Below, one piece after another: positions 30,582 through 40,152 of a stretch of 64,000 nt of DNA. The stretch spans positions 1,824,001 to 1,888,000 of the forward strand of contig OY970194.1 of assembly GCA_963708075.1 (NCBI GenBank), written 5' to 3'. This DNA comes from Sedimentisphaerales bacterium (lineage in GTDB: Bacteria; Planctomycetota; Phycisphaerae; Sedimentisphaerales; Anaerobacaceae). The notes under the pieces were generated by a model that saw only the letters and a program-made list of their open reading frames with translations, was not told where the DNA came from and did not search any database. The position numbers and the translations under genes are program-made. Position 1 is the stretch's first letter, and every line of letters begins with the position of its first letter.

Positions 30582-31709
30582 TCAACCCGCTCTGTGCTGC
30601 GACAGGATCTCACAAATCCGAGTAGCGGCATCGCCATTTCCGTACACGCCGCCGCCGGACACGGCTTGAGGCGCAGGCGCGTTCACCGCCGCCGCAATCG
30701 CGTCCTTATCCGATCCGACCAGGGTGTTCCAGCCGACCTCAACCGTCTCCACCCACTCCGTCTCCTCGCGCAGGGTCACGCAGGGCACGCCGAGGAAGTA
30801 TGCCTCCTTCTGGACACCGCCGGAGTCGGTGAGGACTTTCAGCGCGTTCTTCTCAAGAACGACCATCTCCAGGTACGAGGCGGGGTCGATGATCCTCACG
30901 GCACGGCTGATCTGAAGACCGTACTGATGAATGTACTTGACCGTCCGCGGGTGCAGCGGGACGACGACCGGACAGACCTGCGTGGCGATTTCATCAAAGG
31001 CGGCGAATATGCCGGTCAGCCGTTCCCGATTATCCGTGTTCTCCGCTCTGTGCACGGTCGCCAGATAGAACGACTTCGGGGCGATCCCCAACCGCCGCAG
31101 CATGTTCTCGTCGAGCGATGTCACCTTCCGGGCATAGAAGAGCGTGCTGTCATACATCACATCGCCCACTTGATGGACACCCCTGTCGATTCCCTCATGA
31201 GCCAGATTCGTCACGGCCGTTGGCGTCGGACAGAACAGCAGATCGGAAACGTGATCGGTGAGAACGCGATTGATCTCCTCCGGCATCGCTCGGACGAAGG
31301 AGCGCAGGCCGGCCTCGACGTGGGCGACGGGGATGTGCAGCTTGGCCGCCGCCAACGCGCCGGCGAGCGTTGAGTTCGTGTCGCCGTACACGAGCGTCAG
31401 ATCGGGCTTTTCGCTGAGCAAGACATGCTCGATAAGCCCGAGCATGCGGCCGGTTTGCTCGCCGTGCGAGCCGCTGCCAACGCCCAGGTTGTACGCCGGC
31501 TGAGGGATTTCCAGCTCCTCGAAAAAGACCGCCGACATGTTGTCATCGTAGTGCTGGCCGGTGTGGACCAGCTTCTCTTGGAGCGCTGGGCTCGGCCCGG
31601 TTTCGTTATGTGCGGCGATGGCTCGACTGACGGTCGCTGCCTTTATGAACTGCGGCCTCGCCCCGACAATCGACACGATCCGCACAGGCTTATCCGTGGG
31701 AACTCGCAT
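30582..31709 (-). CDS. wecB: UDP-N-acetylglucosamine 2-epimerase (non-hydrolysing; WecB/WbpI)
   Basis: GARPQFIK, HTGQHYD, GDTNSTLA, HVEAGLRS, TDSGGVQKEA. Confidence 0.95.
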   Translation of the reverse strand: MRVPTDKPVRIVSIVGARPQFIKAATVSRAIAAHNETGPSPALQEKLVHTGQHYDDNMSAVFFEELEIPQPAYNLGVGSGSHGEQTGRMLGLIEHVLLSEKPDLTLVYGDTNSTLAGALAAAKLHIPVAHVEAGLRSFVRAMPEEINRVLTDHVSDLLFCPTPTAVTNLAHEGIDRGVHQVGDVMYDSTLFYARKVTSLDENMLRRLGIAPKSFYLATVHRAENTDNRERLTGIFAAFDEIATQVCPVVVPLHPRTVKYIHQYGLQISRAVRIIDPASYLEMVVLEKNALKVLTDSGGVQKEAYFLGVPCVTLREETEWVETVEVGWNTLVGSDKDAIAAAVNAPAPQAVSGGGVYGNGDAATRICEILSQHRAG

Positions 31710-32371
31710 TACGATGTCGCCTTCTTGAGATCACGATAGAGCACCTTGCCGACCGCCATCTCCGGCGGCAGCGGCGTTTCCTCATTCAGATCCAGACACC
31801 GCACTATCCCCGGCGAGACTTCCCGGTATCGAAAGCCGCTCTCCGGGCAGACCATCACGCCCTTCGCATCGGGCTTGGGCAACGGGATGCCATGCCGGCT
31901 GATCCAGCCGGTCCGCCGAGCCGGCACGCCCATCATCAGGGCGTAATCCGGCACGCTTTTGGTGACCACCGCCCCGGCCGACACGAAACAATATCGCCCA
32001 AGCTCCACGCCGCAGACGATCGTCGCGTTGGCCCCGATCGTCGCGCCCCGCCGGATCAGTGTCTTCTCATACAACTCGTGCCGCACGATCTGCGAGCGCG
32101 GGTTGGACACGTTCGTCAGCACACAACTGGGTCCGAGGAACACGTCGTCCTCAATGGTCGTGCCGGTGTAGAGCGAGACGTTGTTCTGGACCTTGACATT
32201 GTTGCCGATGACCACACCATCGGCGACAAGGACGTTCTGGCCGAAGATGCAGCGTTCGCCGATCACGGCCCCTTTCATGATGTGGCAGAAATGCCAGATC
32301 TTCGTCCCCCTGCCGATCCGGCAGCCATCGTCCACATACGCCGATTCATGGGCAAAGTACGCCTTTTCCAT
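31709..32371 (-). CDS. Hexapeptide-repeat sugar N-acetyltransferase (WbpD/WlbB-like)
   Basis: [37 protein letters not shown]-terminal CPESG. Confidence 0.9.
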   Translation of the reverse strand: MEKAYFAHESAYVDDGCRIGRGTKIWHFCHIMKGAVIGERCIFGQNVLVADGVVIGNNVKVQNNVSLYTGTTIEDDVFLGPSCVLTNVSNPRSQIVRHELYEKTLIRRGATIGANATIVCGVELGRYCFVSAGAVVTKSVPDYALMMGVPARRTGWISRHGIPLPKPDAKGVMVCPESGFRYREVSPGIVRCLDLNEETPLPPEMAVGKVLYRDLKKATS

Positions 32372-32464
32372 TCCCGACTACCTTCCAAAGGTCATCGAAT
32401 TCGGTCCTATCCGTCGCAATGATCTTACTCTGCCCGGACATTCCACGCAACAGCCCCTTCCTAC

Positions 32465-32925
32465 AGGCAGGTTTGTATCCGCTTGTGTGGAAGGGAGCGC
32501 CCCGATGGGCTTTCTGCGTGAAAGCCTGCTGGTGCGTCTGAACGACGCGGAGGGCCATGTGCTTCGCATTCCCGTGGTGGCTGAGGTCCGCGGCGAGTAC
32601 AAGGCGTCACCGGCAGGACCGTCCTTTGGCCGGCCGGTCTACGGCGAACGCATCGTTCGCCCTGGTGTGCGTGGGGATAGGACACGGAGCGGACGAGCTT
32701 ACCGCCTTCCAGAAGGAGCAGAACCTGCAGCTTCTCATGGTCCCCGATCCCGAGAAAATCATCTTCCACAGGTTCATCGAGCGCAGCGGCATTCCCCGCA
32801 ACTACGTGATCGACCGCAAGGGCACGATCATTTATGCCTCCAGCGGCTACGAGGAGCAGGGGTTCAGCCGGCTCGTCAGGGTGATCGAGCAGGCGATCAG
32901 CAGGCCGATCGCAGCGCCCCAGTAG
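32465..32925 (+). pseudogene. Chimeric remnant: Ig-like fragment plus C-terminal half of a TlpA/thioredoxin-fold protein
   Basis: One frame reads FLRESLLVRLND...IPVVAEVRG; another reads DPEKIIF...GIPRNYVIDRKG. No CxxC and no clear start. Confidence 0.5.
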
Positions 32926-32974
32926 CAACCGCTGCGCAATCCTTCGAGCACGGGCTACCCGACAGCATCCTGGC

Positions 32975-33862
32975 TTACTTGACCGAGTCGTCTTCGGGCA
33001 GGCCTAGTTTCTTGTAGAGGCCGCGGCGGCCTTCCTTGTCACCGTCCATGATCGCGCGGGCGTACTCGGCGACTTCCCGGGCCTTCTCGCGAGGGACGAC
33101 GACGACGCCGTCGCCGTCGGCCATGATCACGTCGCCGGGCCGGACGAGAACACCGCCGCATTCGATGGGACGGTTGACGGATTCGATCTCGTTGCGGCCG
33201 GGACGAATGCCGCGAGTCACGTGGCGCAGGTACAGCGGCATCTGCTCGGTCGCGATCTCGTCGGTGTCACGGCTTCCAACGTTGGTGACCACGCCAACGC
33301 AACCCTGCAACTTCCAGCCCATGATGTTGTTCGAGCCGATGGTGCCAACATCGGAGTCGGGAGCGTCGTCGATGACCAACGCGGTCCCCTTGCGAATCAG
33401 TGGCGTGAATGGCTCCGGCGTCACCTTGCCGTATGTCTCGCCGACCCATTTGTCGAACGGCGCGGTTTCCATGGCCGGAGCAGGAGGCTTGTTAGTCGGG
33501 ACATAGCGGGCGGTGACAGCAATGCCGACAAAGCGGTGCTTGTAGTGCACGGTGTCCTTCCAGGAAGCTTGGATCTCCGGCGACATCAACATCACGTTCG
33601 TCAGACCCACCTTGTCCAGTCCATCGGAGACATCGGAGACCCGCAGACCCTCGAAGAGCTTGAGAGTCTTCAGGTCGTCCTCCTCCGTATAGACCTTCGT
33701 CTCGATGAAGTTCCTGCCGGTCCGCAGGTCATCCGCCGCCGGCCTGGTGCTTTGCTGAGCCACTACAGGGACCGAAACCAGGGCCATCCATATTACAGTG
33801 ACGATGAGCAGACTCACCGCCACGGCCAGGGTCAACGCTCTTCCACTTCTGCGAGTCATCAT
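32975..33862 (-). CDS. RraA/HMG-aldolase family protein with N-terminal signal peptide
   Basis: VSDVSDGLD, GIAVTARY, SRDTDEI, VRPGDVIMADGDGVVVVP; hydrophobic leader ending VVA-QQ. Confidence 0.88.
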   Translation of the reverse strand: MMTRRSGRALTLAVAVSLLIVTVIWMALVSVPVVAQQSTRPAADDLRTGRNFIETKVYTEEDDLKTLKLFEGLRVSDVSDGLDKVGLTNVMLMSPEIQASWKDTVHYKHRFVGIAVTARYVPTNKPPAPAMETAPFDKWVGETYGKVTPEPFTPLIRKGTALVIDDAPDSDVGTIGSNNIMGWKLQGCVGVVTNVGSRDTDEIATEQMPLYLRHVTRGIRPGRNEIESVNRPIECGGVLVRPGDVIMADGDGVVVVPREKAREVAEYARAIMDGDKEGRRGLYKKLGLPEDDSVK

Positions 33863-34108
33863 TTCTTACCTCCACGCTCCATCGAAGGAACCATTCGTAT
33901 TGCGGCCGGCCCGTCCAGCCCGCGTCACTACTATACCCCCATCCGCCGCCGCCGGAAAGCGGCAAGACAAGTTTTTGCACACCGGGTGGCAGCGTCAAGA
34001 CCGAAGGTCTTGGCGATGGCTCTTTCGCAAAGCCAGAGGACCATCGCCAGACTGCGATTGAGGATGCCCCCCGCCCAGAGAAGAAGCCTGTTGGGATAGG
34101 CTCTCAGC

Positions 34109-35320
34109 TCATCTCGTCGCGGTTCGTGCGGCTTCCAGGGCGGCCAGGAGGGGTGGGAGTTGGATGGCGGTTTTGTAGGTCACGATGTTCTCGCCGAGGA
34201 CGGCGCCTTCACGGAGGGAGCTTTCGGGCACGGCCAGCAGGATGCTGTGCCGGCGGAACTGGCGGAGGGTCTCCCGCTTGGCGGCGAGATATTCCGGCGT
34301 CCAGAAGCCGACAATCTCCAGGAGGACCTCCGTGCCGTCCTCGTGCCGGAAGGTGAAATCCGGGATGAAGGTCTTCTGGCGATCGTAGAGGATTTGCCCT
34401 TCGCGAATCAACTGCCAGCCGTCGCGCTGGGATCCGAACTTCTTCGCAAAGGACTCCTCCAAGGCCGAGTCGAACTCCTGCGCCGCAGGCAAGTGGCTCG
34501 TGAAACCATCCTTTGCCGTGACGATCAGTTTTGCATGGGTCTTCCACGGCGTCTGCAGGATGGCCTCCATGGTCCATCCTTTGCAGGCCAGCAGGGCCGG
34601 CAGGAACTTCGCGAAATCTACGCCGTACCGCCGGGTCTCGCGCAGGACCGAGGCCGGGCCGGTGAACGTGATCCGATACATGGACGGGCCCGCTCGCACG
34701 ATCTCATGCAGCAGCCGGGCGAACTTGGCGTACCGGACGATGGTCTTGAGGTCCCCCCCTGCCGTGACCGTCACCCTCTCGGCCCGGTACAGCGCCGCCT
34801 GGAGCTGGGCCACATTGTAACGGGACAAAAAGGCACCCGGATTCGCATAGCCTGCGAATTCCTCCAACGTCTGGAAAGCCATCACGTCGGCATACAGGGC
34901 CTGCTCGATCTGCTCCCACGACGTGCCAAGCTCCTCCGCGATTCGCGTCTTCGACGCCTGCTCCTCATGCTCGAACAACCGGTCCGACTCGCGAACCAGG
35001 GGGTGAAAACGCGCGGCCCGGGAGAACACTTCGAGCCGCAGCTTCGCGGACTTGCCGGCGTGGTCGCTCTGATATGCGCTCGCATCGTCCAGGAGTTTGC
35101 AGAATGCCTGGATGCGGCGGATGGGACAGTCGGGCTCATTGGCGAACACAGCCTCGATGTCCCGGTGCAGCCAGCGGCGCTGCCGGCCGATGCCTTCGCG
35201 ATAGATGGCGAGCATCCGCTCGGCATGGTCCATGTAATGCCGATGCACGTTCTGCGTCAGGCGGTCGGGGATGGCCCGGCCCGCCCTATACTCGATTATG
35301 GCGTGTTCGCTCGTAAGCAT
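34109..35320 (-). CDS. DUF790 family nuclease (Bax1-like)
   Basis: RYNVAQLQAALY, TGPASVLRETRRYG, FDSALEESF, IPDFTF...LEIVGFWTPEYL. Confidence 0.9.
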   Translation of the reverse strand: MLTSEHAIIEYRAGRAIPDRLTQNVHRHYMDHAERMLAIYREGIGRQRRWLHRDIEAVFANEPDCPIRRIQAFCKLLDDASAYQSDHAGKSAKLRLEVFSRAARFHPLVRESDRLFEHEEQASKTRIAEELGTSWEQIEQALYADVMAFQTLEEFAGYANPGAFLSRYNVAQLQAALYRAERVTVTAGGDLKTIVRYAKFARLLHEIVRAGPSMYRITFTGPASVLRETRRYGVDFAKFLPALLACKGWTMEAILQTPWKTHAKLIVTAKDGFTSHLPAAQEFDSALEESFAKKFGSQRDGWQLIREGQILYDRQKTFIPDFTFRHEDGTEVLLEIVGFWTPEYLAAKRETLRQFRRHSILLAVPESSLREGAVLGENIVTYKTAIQLPPLLAALEAARTATR

Positions 35321-36704
35321 CGGTCCGTCGCCTCTTTCGTGATCGCTCGACCTCCTTCGTATCCTCGCAGACAACCTCGTAGAGCGTGGCCCGGATGCTG
35401 CCGGACCTTCGCAAGACCCGGCCGAGCCGCTGCGTGGCCTGGCGCGTCGAGCCCTGCCCGCCGATCACCACGGCTACCTTCGCCTCGGGCACGTCCACCC
35501 CTTCATCGAGCACGCGGTTGGCCACGAGCACCGTGATCTGCCCTTTCGCAAACGCGTCCAGCATAGCCAGCCGCTCGCGCTTACGCGTGTGAGACAGAAT
35601 TGTCGGCACGAGGAATCGCTTGGAGACCTCGATGGCCATCGCGTTCGAGCCGGCGAAGATGAGGATTTGCTGACCGTTGTGGAGGCGGAAGATATCCTCC
35701 AACACCCGCAGCTTCTCGGCGGCGCGGTTCTCGATGGCCTGCTTGAGGTAGTACGCCTTTTGTGCATGGCGGGCGCGGGGGTCCTTGCCCGATTCCTTGC
35801 ACAGGTCCCGCCAGGAGTAGCCTGGCACTTCCTTGCGCCGGGACGCGAGGAAGTGGCGGACCACGCGGCCGCACTCGTCATAGCTCGCCTGCTCCCGGTC
35901 CGTCAGCGCGACGGGGATTCGCACCACGTCGAAGTCGGCAAGCGTCGAGCCCTTTGCCTCCTTGAACGCCATGCGATAGACAACGGGGCCGATGAGCCAG
36001 TCGAGGTCCGCGTGCAGGTCGTCGCTGCGCTCGGGCGTGGCCGTCAGCCCCAGGCGCATCACAGCCGTGCTGAGAATCGCCGCCTCGCGACGGCACTTGC
36101 CCGGCAGGTGGTGCTCCTCGTCGAAGACCAGCAGACCGAAGCCCGCCCCCATCTTGTCCATGTGAATATAAGCGCTGTCGTACGTGGTCACCGTGACCGG
36201 CTTGATGTCGAAGAGGTTGTCGCCGACAATCCCTGCGTCGTAGCCGAACGCCGCCAGGATGCGGCGATGCCACTGGTACATCAAGTCTCGCACGGGCGCG
36301 ACGACCAGGGTCGCCACCTTTATCTCGGCCATCATCGCAAGGGCCACTTCGGTCTTCCCGGTTCCCGTCGGCATGATGACCTGCCCGCGCCGGCCGCCGC
36401 GCAGCCAGGCCGCCAAAGCCTCCCGTTGTTCCGGCCGCAACGTCGGCAAGTCCGTTTTCGGCCAGCAGACGCGCTCCGGCTGCAACACACCGTCGTGAAA
36501 CCGCGATGCGAAACACCGGCTCAGGATCGTGCGAACCGCCGCATAGTGGATTGCGTCGCATCGCCACGCCCCCACTCGCGGGTCCCACATCCAGATCGAT
36601 GAGCCCGGCTCGGCCGGCAACTGCCCGCGATCGACACCCATCAATAGCAGCGTGCCCCGATTGAACGACAGCGATATTTGATTCGGTAGTTTGCCATCCA
36701 TCAT
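35286..36704 (-). CDS. SF2 DEAD/DEAH helicase, XPB/Rad25-like
   Basis: MPTGTGKT, FDEEHH, GLTATPER, VLDEGVDVP, QRLGRVLR; overlaps the DUF790 gene. Confidence 0.92.
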   Translation of the reverse strand: MMDGKLPNQISLSFNRGTLLLMGVDRGQLPAEPGSSIWMWDPRVGAWRCDAIHYAAVRTILSRCFASRFHDGVLQPERVCWPKTDLPTLRPEQREALAAWLRGGRRGQVIMPTGTGKTEVALAMMAEIKVATLVVAPVRDLMYQWHRRILAAFGYDAGIVGDNLFDIKPVTVTTYDSAYIHMDKMGAGFGLLVFDEEHHLPGKCRREAAILSTAVMRLGLTATPERSDDLHADLDWLIGPVVYRMAFKEAKGSTLADFDVVRIPVALTDREQASYDECGRVVRHFLASRRKEVPGYSWRDLCKESGKDPRARHAQKAYYLKQAIENRAAEKLRVLEDIFRLHNGQQILIFAGSNAMAIEVSKRFLVPTILSHTRKRERLAMLDAFAKGQITVLVANRVLDEGVDVPEAKVAVVIGGQGSTRQATQRLGRVLRRSGSIRATLYEVVCEDTKEVERSRKRRRTDAYERTRHNRV

Positions 36705-36784
36705 CGACGCGTATCATAGCAGCAAGCGATTGGGTCTGCTATACTATGCCGCGATGTCAAATCCTTGTGTGAAGGGGCAGAGAA

Positions 36785-37657
36785 ATGGATATCAGTGAGC
36801 AGGTCCGGCAGAGGCTGCTGGCGTACCAAAGGAGTGAGATCACCGAGCATCACATCTACCGCAAGCTGGCGGGGACGATCAAATCGCCGGAGAATCGCCG
36901 GGTGCTGGAGCACATTGCCGAGGATGAGCTGCGGCATTACCAGCAATGGCGGGCATACACGCAACAGGACGTGGGGCCGGACCGGCGGAGTATCTGGAAG
37001 TATTACCTGATCAGCCGCGTCCTCGGATTCACCTTTGGCGCCAAGCTCATGGAGGGCGCCGAGAGCAACATCCAGGGCGGCTACGAACAACTACGGGACG
37101 TGATCCCCGAGGCCGAGGCCGTGATGAAGGAAGAGCAGGAGCACGAGAAGGCCCTGCTGCAAATGCTCGACGAGGAGAAACTCCGCTACACCGGCTCCAT
37201 CGTGCTGGGGCTCAATGACGCGCTGGTGGAACTGACGGGCGCCTTGGCCGGTTTAACGCTGGCGTTGCAGAATGCCCGGCTGATCGCCCTGACCGGCTCG
37301 ATCACCGGCATCGCCGCCGCCATGTCCATGGCCGCCTCCGAATACCTGTCCACCAAGTCCGAAGGGGGCGCCAAGAGCCCGCTCAAGGCCTCGGTCTATA
37401 CCGGCGTCGCCTATATCCTCACCGTCCTGGTCCTCATCACACCCTACCTGGTCCTGGGCAATTACTACATCAGCCTCGCCTGCACGTTGGTGGCCGCCGT
37501 CCTGATCATCGCAGGATTCAACTACTACATCGCCGTGGCCAAAAGCGAGCCCTTCCGGGGCCGCTTCCTCGAAATGACCGGCCTGAGCCTCAGCGTCGCC
37601 GCTTTCAGCTTCCTCGTCGGCCTGCTCATGCGAGCTCTCCTCGGCGTGGACATCTGA
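36785..37657 (+). CDS. Ferritin/rubrerythrin-like plus VIT1/CCC1 iron transporter fusion
   Basis: EITEH, EDELRH and EQEHE diiron motifs; VLGLNDALVE, SMAASEYLS. Confidence 0.9.
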   Translation: MDISEQVRQRLLAYQRSEITEHHIYRKLAGTIKSPENRRVLEHIAEDELRHYQQWRAYTQQDVGPDRRSIWKYYLISRVLGFTFGAKLMEGAESNIQGGYEQLRDVIPEAEAVMKEEQEHEKALLQMLDEEKLRYTGSIVLGLNDALVELTGALAGLTLALQNARLIALTGSITGIAAAMSMAASEYLSTKSEGGAKSPLKASVYTGVAYILTVLVLITPYLVLGNYYISLACTLVAAVLIIAGFNYYIAVAKSEPFRGRFLEMTGLSLSVAAFSFLVGLLMRALLGVDI

Positions 37658-37787
37658 CGGCCGGCGTGGTATAATCACCGGCGTGAACCGTCCCTGCAGC
37701 ACTGGTCCGGAGGGCGGGACAATTCTGTGCGTGAGGAATAACGAATGCTGTGAGGACTATTCAGCGACAGTTTTGCGGGAGAAAACC

Positions 37788-38960
37788 ATGCCAGCGATTC
37801 ACTGTAGCCGCCGAGGACTAATCTGCCTTCTTTGCTGTATCACCGCCCTATGGACAATAGAAGCAAGGGCCGCCCTGCCACCCGATCCGGACAATGCCGC
37901 TCTACTGTATTACCGCGCGTTTGCGCTTCGCCCCGAGCCGGATACAGCCACATTCCTGCTTCTGAAGAATGTTCTGCTCCGTGCGGAACCGAACCAGCAG
38001 GTCCGGGCACACATGAAGAAATGTCAAGATACGATCAGACTCGCCGACGCAGGGACACGTCTTTCACAATGCAATTGGGGAATCATGTACTCGCAGGGGG
38101 ACAGCTTCTCGACGGACACGCTGGGCTCATTGAATCAGCTCGCCTTTCTTCTTGAGGTGGATGCGCACATTCTCGCCGCCGATGGAGATTGTCGGGGAGC
38201 CTTCGATAGGATCCTGAGCATACGGCGGCTCGCTGCCCAGATCGCTGACGGGGCACTCATGGAGTACTCTATGGCACGGCAGCTTCAGTATTGTCTCCGC
38301 TCTGTTGAGCACATCTTAGGCCTCATGCCGCCGGATATCGATACGCTCATTTGGCTTCAGGTGCAGCTCAGCACAGTGCAGGGGCCGCTGCTGCCGCCCG
38401 GAAGGACGCTCGAAACGACCCTCGAACAGACCCTTCACCCCGCGTACATCGCAAGGTGGAGGGAACAGCTTGCGGACTCCACGGACGTCAGGAACCGAGA
38501 TTGGCTCCTGGGCGTGACCGAGCCGGCGGCGGTTGACCGCGCGAGGGTGCTGGGTGGCGAGTTCGTGACGGCCGGCCAGCGAGTAATTGGCAGTGACAAG
38601 CCATACGCCGAAAAGCACGCCGACCTTCAGGTGTTAGCGGACGACTTCAAGGCAAGCGACGATCCCGCCGCGCTCTTTTTATTGGGGCCCTGCTACCTCA
38701 GCCGGATTCATGTGTTCTACGACTTATACGTTCGGCATGTCGCCCATTTCAATGCCGTCAGGGCCGCCATCGAAGTGTACATCGAGATCGCAAAGAGCGG
38801 ACAAGTGCCACAGACGCTCCCGGCGCATCTGCCCAAGGACCCGTTCAGCGGCAAGGATTTCGAATACCAGACTACGGACACCGGTTTCATCCTTCGCTGC
38901 CGGGCCAAAGAGATCGGCGAAGACAGAATCTGGGAGTATGAATTTGCAGTCTCAAAATGA
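37788..38960 (+). CDS. Secreted hypothetical helical protein
   Basis: Signal peptide, PPDPDNAALLYY; C-terminal pseudopilin-like LPKDPFSGKDFEY. Confidence 0.65.
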   Translation: MPAIHCSRRGLICLLCCITALWTIEARAALPPDPDNAALLYYRAFALRPEPDTATFLLLKNVLLRAEPNQQVRAHMKKCQDTIRLADAGTRLSQCNWGIMYSQGDSFSTDTLGSLNQLAFLLEVDAHILAADGDCRGAFDRILSIRRLAAQIADGALMEYSMARQLQYCLRSVEHILGLMPPDIDTLIWLQVQLSTVQGPLLPPGRTLETTLEQTLHPAYIARWREQLADSTDVRNRDWLLGVTEPAAVDRARVLGGEFVTAGQRVIGSDKPYAEKHADLQVLADDFKASDDPAALFLLGPCYLSRIHVFYDLYVRHVAHFNAVRAAIEVYIEIAKSGQVPQTLPAHLPKDPFSGKDFEYQTTDTGFILRCRAKEIGEDRIWEYEFAVSK

Positions 38961-38974
38961 CTGACCGGGTCTGT

Positions 38975-40078
38975 TCAGGCCTCCGGCGGGTGACGCGAGG
39001 GATCGGTGATGGTCAGTTCCACGAGGACGCCGGGTTTTCCGAGCAGGCCGGGGAAATGGCGGAGGCCGGGGGTGATGTACAGGCGAGTGTTTTCAAATTG
39101 AAACCACCCCTCGTCCAGGAACCGGCCATACTTCGAGCCGATGGGGAAACTACCGATCCACGGAAGGGTGAGCTTGCCGGCGTGCGTGTGCCCCGCGAGG
39201 GCAAGCGGGACGTTCAGCCGGCTGAAAACTTTGATGTTGTCCGGCGTGTGAGAAAGGCCGACAGCAAAGGCCGCCTGCGGAGGTGAGGGCAGAACGCCGC
39301 GGTCCCACGGCCACTCCAGACCGACGATCTCGATGCCGAGTGCCGGCACAACATGCGCCGCATTGGAGAGCAGGACCATCGAGTTTTCTTTCGCAAGGCC
39401 GGCGATCAGCCCGGCACGGTTCCGCTCGAAATCGTGGTTGCCTCGGACGCAGAAGATGCCGTACTTCGGGTGCAGACCCGCAATGGCCCGTATCACGTCC
39501 GGCAACAGTGCTGCATTCTCGCCTAAATCCCCAAGCACGAAGACCATGTCATACTTCGCCTCCGGCAGAGCAGCCATGGCAGCACGCAGCTTCTTTAAGT
39601 TAAACTGCCAGGTGCAGTGCAGGTCGGAAAGCACGAGGCACCGAAGCGAGCCGGGACTTGCAGGCGGCAGTTTCTCCTCCACGGTCACACGGCGCAGGAC
39701 GACCCCGCGCGCGAGGCGATCCTGTGCCATCCTCCCCGCCTTGGGATGGAGAGTCCGGATGCCGAAGCGGTACGGGAACAGGAAATGGAGGATGATCAGC
39801 AGATTGAGCAGCGACGACAGGAGAAGCCAGAACCCCGTCCCGTTGCCCGCCTGCGTCAGCGCCAGCAGGAACGGGATCGCCAGCACTGCACAGGTCAGCC
39901 ACACAACGATGTTCCGCATGACGATCCGTGGCAGCGTGCGGACGTAAGTGCCGAGCACCCTGCTGGACAGCTCGGAATAGAGGCAACACTCGCCAAGGAT
40001 CAGCACGACCAGCGACGTCACGAACGGCGCCGTCGTGATTCGCTCGTACCCGCCAATCCATGCCAATAGAGAATCCAT
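38975..40078 (-). CDS. Membrane-anchored metallophosphoesterase (YkuE-like)
   Basis: Three TM helices, SDLH, LGD, GNHD, HTPD, AGHTHAG. Confidence 0.88.
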   Translation of the reverse strand: MDSLLAWIGGYERITTAPFVTSLVVLILGECCLYSELSSRVLGTYVRTLPRIVMRNIVVWLTCAVLAIPFLLALTQAGNGTGFWLLLSSLLNLLIILHFLFPYRFGIRTLHPKAGRMAQDRLARGVVLRRVTVEEKLPPASPGSLRCLVLSDLHCTWQFNLKKLRAAMAALPEAKYDMVFVLGDLGENAALLPDVIRAIAGLHPKYGIFCVRGNHDFERNRAGLIAGLAKENSMVLLSNAAHVVPALGIEIVGLEWPWDRGVLPSPPQAAFAVGLSHTPDNIKVFSRLNVPLALAGHTHAGKLTLPWIGSFPIGSKYGRFLDEGWFQFENTRLYITPGLRHFPGLLGKPGVLVELTITDPSRHPPEA

Positions 40079-40152
40079 GTCTATCCGCTACATTTCAGAA
40101 TTCGTTGATTCAAAGAAAGGGGATACTATCAGAACAGATTGGGACATGCAAG

